Shown here: positions 36,752 to 44,964 of the stretch, one piece after another | Layout: each line of letters opens with the position of its first letter | Position numbering within the stretch: position 1 is the stretch's first letter | Source: Dehalococcoidia bacterium | Lineage (GTDB): Bacteria; Chloroflexota; Dehalococcoidia; UBA2979 | Direction of reading: 5' to 3' | Assembly: GCA_965262725.1 (NCBI GenBank) | Contig: OZ253555.1 | Coordinates: 2,951,838 to 3,015,837 of the forward strand | Length of the DNA stretch: 64,000 nucleotides | Made by a program: the position numbers and the translations under genes | The notes under the pieces: model-generated | Told to the model about the DNA's origin: nothing | Seen by the model: only the letters and a program-made list of their open reading frames with translations | Databases searched by the model: none

Positions 36752-37216
36752 TCAGAGCCGGGGCGGGTTGCGCGAGTAGGTGATCTCCATCGGGCTCTGC
36801 GTCAGCGTCCGCCGCCGTCCGTCGTCGAAGTCATCGATCTCCACGCGCAGCCAGTGCACGCCCTCGAGCTCGATGCGTATGCGGGCCCGGAGCACGATGC
36901 GCTGGCCCCTGTGCGGGGCCTCCCACGTGACGTCGTACTTCCCCAGCTCCTGGACATCCCCGCTCGGCTTCTCCAGCGAGAGGTGCACGGTCGAGCGGCC
37001 CAGCGCGTCGCCGGCCACCATCCCGACGACGATGCCGAACTCGTGGTCGAACGGCTCGAGCGCCCCCGGCGCGTCCGGCCGCACGACGTGGTGGGCGACC
37101 CGGTCGACGGCCCGGACGTAGGTGAAGACGCCGTCCTTCCCCTCGATGGCGGCGTCGCAGAAGAACGCCTCGCGCACCCACGGTCCGCCGCGTCGTGATC
37201 CTCCCGAGGTCACCAC
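36752..37216 (-). CDS. hypothetical protein (about 154 aa) hidden in the 3' end of a long artefactual track ORF
   Basis: GGAGGAGG followed by GTG. Protein-like sequence VREAFFCDAAIEGKDGVFTYVRAVD...IRIELEGVHWLRVEIDDFDDG. Confidence 0.45.
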   Translation of the reverse strand: MVTSGGSRRGGPWVREAFFCDAAIEGKDGVFTYVRAVDRVAHHVVRPDAPGALEPFDHEFGIVVGMVAGDALGRSTVHLSLEKPSGDVQELGKYDVTWEAPHRGQRIVLRARIRIELEGVHWLRVEIDDFDDGRRRTLTQSPMEITYSRNPPRL

Positions 37217-37293
37217 CCGCCTCCTCCGCCCGGCCGCGATGCTACACCGGCGCCGCGGTGCGGGGGCGGCGCGACGGAACCAGGCGCGGGCGA

Positions 37294-38601
37294 TCAGCCG
37301 ATGCGGACGGCGGCCTCCGGGTAGCGCAGGAGGTTCTCCGAGCGGTCCGGCACCGAGAGCGCGACCAGGAGCGACCCGAGCCGCCCGAGGAACATCAGCG
37401 CCACCACCACGAGAGCGCCCCCCTCGGAGAGCCCGGCCGTGACGCCCTGCGACCAGCCGACGTTCGCGAGCGCGGACATCGCCTCGAAGAGCAGCCTCAG
37501 GAACGCGACGTCGTTCTCGGTCAGCGCCAGGAGCCACGTCCCGGCGGCGTGCGTCGCGAAGGCGATCATCGTGATGGCGATGGCCCGTGAGACGATCGCG
37601 GGCGGGATCTCGCGGCCGAAGGCCCGCGGCCGATCGTGGCCGCGCACCGTCGAGAGGACGACGACCACGCTCACCATGAACGAACCGACCTTGATGCCGC
37701 CGGCAGCCGATGTCGACGCGCCGCCGATGAACATCAGCACCAGGAGCGCCGCCGTTGTCGAGTCCTGCAGCGCCGACATGTCGACGGTGGCCATCCCGGT
37801 CGTGCGGTTCACCGAGAGGAAGAAGGCGTTGGCGAGCGCCGACACCACGCCCTGACCCTCCAGCACGCGGCCCGGGGCGAGCTCGCCTGCGAGCAGGACA
37901 ACCATCCCCACGAGCAAGAGCCCGCCCATCCCGTAGGCGACCAGCCTGGTGTCGAGCGACCAGCGGCCGGGGGCGCGCCTCAGGTTGAGGACGGTGATGA
38001 AGGAGAGGCTCCCGACGAACGCCGAGATGCCCATCACGACGAGCAGGTAGCCGCTTTCGGCGTGCGCCGCCATGCTCCGCCCGCCGCCCATCAGGTCGAA
38101 CCCCGCGTTGTTGAAGGCCGAGATCGCGTGGAAGGCCGCCCGCCAGACGCCCTCCCGCAGGCCGTCCTCGGCGAGAAACCACGGGAGCAGCAGGAGGAAC
38201 GTCGCCCCCTCGACGACGATCACGAAGCGCATCACGCGGCGCAGGAGCACGCGGACATCGTGCACGGCGACATCCTCGAGCTCGATGCCGAAGAACTGCC
38301 GCTCGCTCAGCCCGAAGCGGCGGCCGAGCACGAGCAGGAGCGCGCCAGCGTACATCGTGACACCGAGCCCGCCCGCCTGGATCAGGAGCGCGATGACCAC
38401 CTCGCCGAAGGCGCTCCAGTGGTCGGCCGTGTCGACGCGCACGAGGCCGGTCACGCAGATCGCGGAGGCGGAGGTGAAGAGCGCGACGGAGCCCCTCGTC
38501 CACTCGCCCGACTCGGTCGCGAACGGGAGCGAGAGGAGCCCGGCACCTAGCAGGATCGCCGCCGCGAACGCCGCCGGCACCATCCACAGCCGCAGACGCA
38601 T
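37294..38601 (-). CDS. trkH: TrkH/KtrB-family potassium transporter membrane subunit
   Basis: Internal start MRLRLWMVPAAF. Motifs SAICVTGL, NAGF, GGASTSAAGGIKV. Confidence 0.8.
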   Translation of the reverse strand: MRLRLWMVPAAFAAAILLGAGLLSLPFATESGEWTRGSVALFTSASAICVTGLVRVDTADHWSAFGEVVIALLIQAGGLGVTMYAGALLLVLGRRFGLSERQFFGIELEDVAVHDVRVLLRRVMRFVIVVEGATFLLLLPWFLAEDGLREGVWRAAFHAISAFNNAGFDLMGGGRSMAAHAESGYLLVVMGISAFVGSLSFITVLNLRRAPGRWSLDTRLVAYGMGGLLLVGMVVLLAGELAPGRVLEGQGVVSALANAFFLSVNRTTGMATVDMSALQDSTTAALLVLMFIGGASTSAAGGIKVGSFMVSVVVVLSTVRGHDRPRAFGREIPPAIVSRAIAITMIAFATHAAGTWLLALTENDVAFLRLLFEAMSALANVGWSQGVTAGLSEGGALVVVALMFLGRLGSLLVALSVPDRSENLLRYPEAAVRIG

Positions 38602-38787
38602 CGGCCGCCGTCTGCGCACGACGACGTCGATGATCGCCGTGCGGCGCCGCCCGCGGCGCACGCGGACATCGCCGGGACGCTGGCCGACCCTCCGCACCGC
38701 GCCTCCCCTCGGCACCGCCTCCGCCACTCTACCGTCGCCAATCCCCGGGGACGACGCGGAGGCTCACGCTCGCCGCCGGGGCCGACC

Positions 38788-39624
38788 TCAGGCCCGGGTC
38801 CCACCCTCCCCCTCCGGGCCGCGACCCCGCGTGCGCCCGGCGCGGATCGAGCGCGAGTCCTGCGGCATCGCCAGGGAGACGACCGAGGAGCGGCCGACCT
38901 GGCCGCGCCGGTCGAAGAGCGCGCACTCGGCCGTCGCGATCCCCTCGGCGCTGCCGCGGGCCGCGACCTGCATGCAGAGCCACTCGCCCTCGGGCGGGCG
39001 GTGCAGGTAGAGCGTGACGTCGCCGTTGATGAAGAAGAGCCCGCGGTCGCTGCGGTTGGCGCTGGGGTTGGTCATGTCGGCGGCGGCCGCGGTGCGCTCG
39101 AGCGGCGAGACGGCCTCCCCGGAGAGAAGCGGCAGCAGCATCCGCACCCAGCGCGTCGCCGGCTCGCCGGGGGAGGGAGCGGGAAGCGAGCGCCGCTCCC
39201 ACGAGCCCTCGAGCAACGGAAAGGTCTCCGGGTCGAGCGGAACGATCTCGGGCGGCGGGGGAGGCGGGGCCGGTACCTCGGCGATGCGGCCCGGGGGCTC
39301 TTCGCTCGGGCGCAGCAGGAGGGCCGAGGCGCGGCTGACGACTCGCCCCTCGTGCTCGAGCCAGGCGTCGAGCGCGTGGAGCCGCCTGCCGGCGCGGACG
39401 ACCTTCGTGCGCACCGAGAGCGGCGCCCACGGCACGGCCCGGAAGAGGTCGACGGTGAGCCGCGCGACGTGGAAGTCCGGGGGTCGCTCCCGCTCCACGC
39501 CGTGCGCGAGGAGCGCCGCGATCATCGATCCGGAGAGCTGCCCCTCGTCCCACGGGCCGTGCGAGCGATCCGTGGGACGGTAGCGATCACCCTCCCTGAC
39601 GAAGAACGACGCGGCGCCGTCCAT
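38788..39624 (-). CDS. thioesterase-like (double hot-dog, TesB-like) protein
   Basis: Two hot-dog-like halves; 278 aa. Confidence 0.5.
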   Translation of the reverse strand: MDGAASFFVREGDRYRPTDRSHGPWDEGQLSGSMIAALLAHGVERERPPDFHVARLTVDLFRAVPWAPLSVRTKVVRAGRRLHALDAWLEHEGRVVSRASALLLRPSEEPPGRIAEVPAPPPPPPEIVPLDPETFPLLEGSWERRSLPAPSPGEPATRWVRMLLPLLSGEAVSPLERTAAAADMTNPSANRSDRGLFFINGDVTLYLHRPPEGEWLCMQVAARGSAEGIATAECALFDRRGQVGRSSVVSLAMPQDSRSIRAGRTRGRGPEGEGGTRA

Positions 39625-39791
39625 GGACCCCCGGATCCCGCGGGCGGCCGCGCTGAGGTCCGCCCGGGAGAACCGTCGCAGAGCACGTCCGTGGGGGCAA
39701 CGGCTGAGACCGCGCCCCGCAGGAGACTCGTGTAGAGTCGGCCCGCCGGAGGCGGCCGGCTGGCGGCGCCCGCCGGGACAGGGAGGCGGGC

Positions 39792-40697
39792 GTGCGGGTC
39801 GCGCTCTTCGGGCAGGCGGCGTTCGGGCGCGACGTGCTCGGCGCGCTGCGCGAGGCGGGGGAGCGGGTGGTCGGCGTCTCGGCGCCGGTAGCCGTAGGCG
39901 GCGCCTCCGATCCGCTCGGCGAGGCCGCCTCCGAGGCCGGCATCCCCGTCCTCGACACGCGCTCCCTGCGCCATCCGGAGCCGCTTGCGGCGCTCCGCGC
40001 CTGGGAACCGGATCTGCTGGTCTTCGCCTTCGTCACGGAGATTGTGCGGCCCGACGTGCTCGCCGTCCCGCGCCGCGGGACGATCCAGTACCACCCCTCG
40101 CTGCTCCCGCGTCACCGCGGGCGCTCGGCGATGAACTGGGCGATCGCCGCGGGCGAGACGGTCACCGGGCTCACCATCTTCTGGGTGGACGAGGGCGTGG
40201 ACACCGGGCCGATCCTGCTTGCGCGGGAGGTCCCCATCGGCCGCGACGACACCGTCGGATCCCTCTACTTCGAGCGCCTCTACCCGATGGGGGTCGAGGC
40301 GCTGGTGGAGGCGGGGGCGGCGCCCCGCACCCCGCAGGAGGAGGTGCTTGCGACCTACGAGCCGGCGATGGGGCCCCGGCACGCCGCCGTCGACTGGTCA
40401 AGGGCCGCGCGTCCCCTCTACGACCACATTCGCGGCTGCGACCCGCAGCCGGGTGCGAGCGCCCTGCTCGGCGAGAGCGAGATCCGCCTCTTCGACGCGG
40501 CGCTGCGCCCTGCCTCAGACCGCACCCCGCCCGGCACGGTGCTCGCGCACACGGATGCGGGCGCGGTCGAGGTGGCCGTGATCGGAGGCGTGCTCACGGT
40601 CGAGCGCGTGCAGCGCGCCGGCGAGCGCAAGCGCCCCGCCGCGGAGCTGCTCGCACCCGGCGATCGCCTCGCCCGGGCGGAGACGCCCAGGTCGTAG
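39792..40697 (+). CDS. formyltransferase-family protein (Fmt-like), standalone
   Basis: HPSLLPRHRGRSAMNWAI formyltransferase motif; C-terminal Fmt-like domain; 301 aa. Confidence 0.75.
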   Translation: MRVALFGQAAFGRDVLGALREAGERVVGVSAPVAVGGASDPLGEAASEAGIPVLDTRSLRHPEPLAALRAWEPDLLVFAFVTEIVRPDVLAVPRRGTIQYHPSLLPRHRGRSAMNWAIAAGETVTGLTIFWVDEGVDTGPILLAREVPIGRDDTVGSLYFERLYPMGVEALVEAGAAPRTPQEEVLATYEPAMGPRHAAVDWSRAARPLYDHIRGCDPQPGASALLGESEIRLFDAALRPASDRTPPGTVLAHTDAGAVEVAVIGGVLTVERVQRAGERKRPAAELLAPGDRLARAETPRS

Positions 40698-40730
40698 CTC
40701 CCGACCCGGAGCGGTGAGAGCGCGCGCGGC

Positions 40731-41591
40731 CTAGAGCGGCGCGCCCTGGATGTTCGGCCCGCCGATCTCCATGAAGACGCCGTGCGTGGAGAGCGGGTGC
40801 ACGAAGAAGCGCCCGCCCGGATCGCCCGTCGGGATGATGCGGCCGCCCTCCGCCTGCACGCGCTCGGCGAGCGCGTGCGGATCGCTCGCCCCCCAGATCG
40901 ACATGAAGACGCCCTCGCCGTGGGGGTTCTGCTCGTCGCGGTTGCGCGCCATGTGGCGCTCGACGGTGCCCGGCCCGGGCTTCGGCTGGATGATAGTCAG
41001 CCACTGCCGCCCGTCTATGCCCCAGGGCGAGGCGATGAAGTTGCCGTCCTCGCTCTCCCAGCGCGGCGACGTCGAGCCCATCCCGAAGAGGCGAGCGTAG
41101 GTCGCCTCAGCCGCGTCGACATCGTGCACCGCGATCCCCATGTGCGAGAGGCGCAGCGGGCGCTCGCCCTCCGCAGCGGGGCGGGAGGGCTGCACCTCCC
41201 ACAGCACGCAGTGCGTGGAGAGCGGGTGCACCAGGAACATGCCGCCGGGCTCATTGGAGGGGACGGTGCGCCCACCTGCCCCCTCGATCCCCTTCGCCAC
41301 GGCCGGCGGGTCGTCCGCCTGGCAGACGACGAGCTGCACGCCCTCCCCGTGCGGATTCCGCTCGTTCGCGCGGAGCTTCATCATCCGCATGAGGTTGGTG
41401 TCGTCTCGCGTCGGCGCCATCAGGAGCAGGGTCCGCTCGCCCGCATAGCCGAGCTCCGCCGAGGCGAAGCCGCCCCACTCCTGCTCGCCACGACCCTGAT
41501 CCTGTAGCCCGAAGAGCCGCCCGTAGGTCTCGACGGCCTCATCGAGGTCGTGAACCGCGACCGCGTAGTGGGAAAGCATGAAGCGCGGCAC
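40731..41591 (-). CDS. tandem VOC (glyoxalase/bleomycin-resistance/dioxygenase) domain protein
   Basis: Two VOC modules with H/E metal ligands; 286 aa. Confidence 0.7.
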   Translation of the reverse strand: MPRFMLSHYAVAVHDLDEAVETYGRLFGLQDQGRGEQEWGGFASAELGYAGERTLLLMAPTRDDTNLMRMMKLRANERNPHGEGVQLVVCQADDPPAVAKGIEGAGGRTVPSNEPGGMFLVHPLSTHCVLWEVQPSRPAAEGERPLRLSHMGIAVHDVDAAEATYARLFGMGSTSPRWESEDGNFIASPWGIDGRQWLTIIQPKPGPGTVERHMARNRDEQNPHGEGVFMSIWGASDPHALAERVQAEGGRIIPTGDPGGRFFVHPLSTHGVFMEIGGPNIQGAPL

Positions 41592-41781
41592 GCTGGACCC
41601 CTCTCGCGGCGGACGCCCACCGGCGCCCCCGCCCCCGCCCCCGCCGCCACATCCTGAGGCGGCCGACTGCCCTTATAGCAAAGTGGCGTGGCTTCCGTCG
41701 CGCGCCGGAGCGCCCTCCCGGATGAGGCCCCGACTCGCCCCGCTGGTCCGGCGCCGCCTGCGGCCGAGTATCCCGGGAGGC

Positions 41782-43065
41782 TCAGTGCTTCCCGGGGACG
41801 CCGGGGATCCCGGACGGTGGCCGCGAGGGATGGGCGGAGCCCTCGGTCACGTGCGGACGGGCGGCCTCCGCGCGAAACGCGCCCGGCCACACGTAGGCCA
41901 GGGCGAGCCCGGCGAGGGTGACCAGAGCCGAGAGGTAGAAGACGGCTCCGATGCCCCACCACTCGGCGACGGCACCGGAGAGGGCCGGCCCCGCGAACAT
42001 GCCGACCGAGTAGGTCGCCTGGTAGACCCCCATCGCCGTCGCCATCTCGGTCCGCGGCGCGGCGCGCAGGGCGAGGCTCATGAGCAGGGTTGTCAGGATC
42101 CCACGCCCGACTCCGGCGGGGATCTGGAGCACCGCGATGAGCTCCCAGGAGGCGGTCGCCGGCAGCGCCGCGAGCGCGGCCGCGCTCGCGACCGACGCCG
42201 CGAGCAGGGTGCCGCGCACGCCGATGCGATCAACGAGGACGGGCGTGAGTAGCACGCCGGGGAGGGCCGCACCCACCGCCGCCGTCGCCACCCAGCCGAC
42301 CTCGACCGTCCTCGCGCCGCGCTCCTCGGCCAGCAGCGGAAGGAAGCCGAAGGTCGTGGCGAACGTGACGAAGATGAGCGAGATGGCGGCGAGCGAGACG
42401 ACCCAGAGATCCGTTCGCCTGACCACGCGCGCAAAGGTCGCCGCCGAGTAGCGCGCGCGGGCGACAGGCGGTTCGGGCGCGGCCGCCAGCAGCGCCATGC
42501 CGACGGCCGCCACGCAGGCCGCCGTCAGGAAGCTCGTGCGCACGTCCCAGAGATCGGCGATCGTCGCGCCGATCGGGGTCGCAATCAGGATGCCGACCGT
42601 GTTCGCCCCCATCATCGCCGAGGTGGCGCGCGTCGCGCGCTCCGGCGGGTAGTAGGCCGCGTAGAGCACGCTGATCACCACCCAGCCGGCTGCCGCGAGC
42701 CCCGTCAACGAGCGCGCCCAGAAGAGAGCCCACGGGTCGGACGCGACCGCGAGCCAGAGCGCCGCCACGCCCGAGAGCGCGAGGCTCGCCAGCGCGAGCG
42801 GCCGCCGGCGTCCGATCAGGTCCGCGGAGACGCCGATCGGGATGCGGAGCAGAAGCTGCGCGATGGCGTAGGAGGCGACGATCGCGCCGACCATCGAGAG
42901 TGAGGCCCCGAGATCCGCAGCGTGCAGCGGGAGCACCGGCACGTAGAGGTAGAGGGATATCCAGAAGCAGGCGATCGCCGCCGTCGCGAGCGGCAGCGCC
43001 CGCGCCGGCGGCGCGGCGGGCGCAGAGGGATCGAGGGCGGAGGAGGGGCCGGCCGCGGCGCTCAT
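41782..43065 (-). CDS. MFS transporter
   Basis: 12-TM pattern; 427 aa. Confidence 0.8.
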   Translation of the reverse strand: MSAAAGPSSALDPSAPAAPPARALPLATAAIACFWISLYLYVPVLPLHAADLGASLSMVGAIVASYAIAQLLLRIPIGVSADLIGRRRPLALASLALSGVAALWLAVASDPWALFWARSLTGLAAAGWVVISVLYAAYYPPERATRATSAMMGANTVGILIATPIGATIADLWDVRTSFLTAACVAAVGMALLAAAPEPPVARARYSAATFARVVRRTDLWVVSLAAISLIFVTFATTFGFLPLLAEERGARTVEVGWVATAAVGAALPGVLLTPVLVDRIGVRGTLLAASVASAAALAALPATASWELIAVLQIPAGVGRGILTTLLMSLALRAAPRTEMATAMGVYQATYSVGMFAGPALSGAVAEWWGIGAVFYLSALVTLAGLALAYVWPGAFRAEAARPHVTEGSAHPSRPPSGIPGVPGKH

Positions 43066-43185
43066 GCGGAAAGCCTACGCGACGCGCCCGTCTCGGACGC
43101 TCGCGGATCCGTATGATCGCGCCATGCTGGCCCTCCACACCCGATACCCCGCCCCGCGCCGCGCCGGCGCGGGGCGGCCACAGCG

Positions 43186-43932
43186 ATGAGCGCACAGCCC
43201 CGGGCGAGAGCCACCCCCTCGCTCGCGGACTTCGACGCGACCGCCGCGCTCGACGCGCGCGCCTACCGCCGGCGCCTCCGCACCGCGCGGCTCGAGCTGC
43301 TCGAGCTGCAGAACCGCATGCGAGACGAGCCGTCCTGCGCCCTGGTCGTGGTCTTCGAGGGGATCGACGCCGCGGGGAAGGGCGGGGCGATCCGCCGGCT
43401 CACCGGCCGCCTCGACCCCCGCGGGCTGCGCGTCTACCCGGTAGGCGCGCCGGGCGGCGAGGAGGCCCGGCGGCACTACCTCTGGCGCTTCCACGTCCGG
43501 ATGCCGCCGCCCGGTCGCATCACCATCTTCGACCGCTCCTGGTACGGGCGCGTGCTCGTGGAGCGGGTGGAGGGGTTCGCCACGCGCGCGGAGTGGGAGC
43601 GCGCCTACGACGAGATCTTCGCCTTCGAGCACTCGCACGCGGCTGCCGGCATCGCGATCATCAAGTTCTGGCTGCAGGTCACGCCGGAGGAGCAGCTGCG
43701 CCGCTTCGAGCAGCGAGCCGCCGACCCCTTCAAGAGCTACAAGCTCACCGAGGAGGACTGGCGCAACCGCGCGCGCTGGGACGACTACCAGGCGGCCGCC
43801 GAGGAGATGCTGCGTCGCACGCACTCCGAAGAGGCGCCGTGGCTGCTCGTCTCGGCCAACGACAAGTACCACGCCCGCGTGCAGGTGGCGGAGGCCGCCG
43901 CCGCCAGGCTGCGCCGACAGCTCGACGGCTAG
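43186..43932 (+). CDS. ppk2: polyphosphate kinase 2 family protein
   Basis: Walker A VFEGIDAAGKGG, DRSWY lid motif; 248 aa. Confidence 0.85.
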   Translation: MSAQPRARATPSLADFDATAALDARAYRRRLRTARLELLELQNRMRDEPSCALVVVFEGIDAAGKGGAIRRLTGRLDPRGLRVYPVGAPGGEEARRHYLWRFHVRMPPPGRITIFDRSWYGRVLVERVEGFATRAEWERAYDEIFAFEHSHAAAGIAIIKFWLQVTPEEQLRRFEQRAADPFKSYKLTEEDWRNRARWDDYQAAAEEMLRRTHSEEAPWLLVSANDKYHARVQVAEAAAARLRRQLDG

Positions 43933-44264
43933 GGACGACGGAAGCCGAGCGCCCTCTCCAGGTTGGTGAGGTAGTCGGAGAATGCGCGGCGCCCGGCCTC
44001 GGTCGCTTCAACCCACGTGCGCGGCCTCCGGTCTCGGAACTCCTTGGTGATGACGAGAAAGCCCGCATCCTCGAGCCGGCGCAGGTGGGTGGTCAGGTTC
44101 CCGCCGGTGAGATCGAGCGCGTCCTGGATGAAGCCGTAGGCGAGCCGGTCGCCCTCGGTCTGCGAGACCAGGAGGGTCATGATCCGGAGCCGGGTCGACT
44201 GGTGGATGGTCTCGTCGAGGACGATGGCCCGGTCGATTACACAGATCCCCTCGAGTGAATCCAC
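43929..44264 (-). CDS. ArsR-like winged-helix transcriptional regulator
   Basis: GTG start. Core HQSTRLRIMTLLV...LAYGFIQDALDLTGGNLTTHLRRLEDAGFLV. Confidence 0.6.
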   Translation of the reverse strand: MDSLEGICVIDRAIVLDETIHQSTRLRIMTLLVSQTEGDRLAYGFIQDALDLTGGNLTTHLRRLEDAGFLVITKEFRDRRPRTWVEATEAGRRAFSDYLTNLERALGFRRP

Positions 44265-44869
44265 GCGGCGCCGAGCGCGGCGACGGCGAGCGTCGCCAGG
44301 GACGAGACCGCGAGCGCGAGGTCGCCCGCGAGGTAGCTCGGGAGGTAGAACGCCGCGGCGATGCCCGCGCCCACCACCGCAATCACCGGCCGTGTGACGA
44401 TGCCGAAGAGAACGTACCCGAGCGCCACGATGCCGATCGAGACGCGGGGGATCGCGGCGGCTTCGTCGGCCGCCCCCAACCCCCCCGCCGCCGGGATGAG
44501 AAAGGCCGCCAAGACGACCGCGAGCCAGAAGAAGAAGACGCGGATGCCGGCCGCGCGGGCGGCGACGCCCTCCGCTTTCTCGCGGCCCGCGCGATGCCCG
44601 ACGAACGCGCTGCCCGCCATGCCGGCCGCGACAAGGAGGCCCCACAGCGGCGCGTGGATCCACGGGTGTGCGGCCTCGAGATCTTCCGCCAGAGTCGCGA
44701 GGGCGTACTCAGCGAGGTACCCCAGCGAGGCGATCACCCCCCAGAGCAACAGGATCGGCGTGGTCCCGGCGACGTAGAGGGAGCTCCGGGCCCTCTCCAT
44801 GGTCGCGTGGATGGCGCGCCGGCTCTGCTCGGGCGTGAGCGCTCCCGCGTCGTGGTCGGACTGGTGCAT
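44237..44869 (-). CDS. hypothetical membrane protein, overlapping the ArsR-like gene by 28 nt
   Basis: About 6 TM helices; 210 aa. Confidence 0.6.
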   Translation of the reverse strand: MHQSDHDAGALTPEQSRRAIHATMERARSSLYVAGTTPILLLWGVIASLGYLAEYALATLAEDLEAAHPWIHAPLWGLLVAAGMAGSAFVGHRAGREKAEGVAARAAGIRVFFFWLAVVLAAFLIPAAGGLGAADEAAAIPRVSIGIVALGYVLFGIVTRPVIAVVGAGIAAAFYLPSYLAGDLALAVSSLATLAVAALGAAWIHSRGSV

Positions 44870-44964
44870 GACGGCGCTCCTCGCGAGGTATACTTTGTCT
44901 TACAAACATATTTGCAGTCCTGAAGAGCGCTGTCAAGCCCGGGAGCGCGGGGAGCCGGCGCCGG

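Noticed and set aside
36752-38587. 611-aa minus-strand ORF
   Set aside because: It is an out-of-frame read-through across the trkH antisense and low-complexity Arg-rich sequence. Only its last ~154 codons (36752..37216) look like a real protein.
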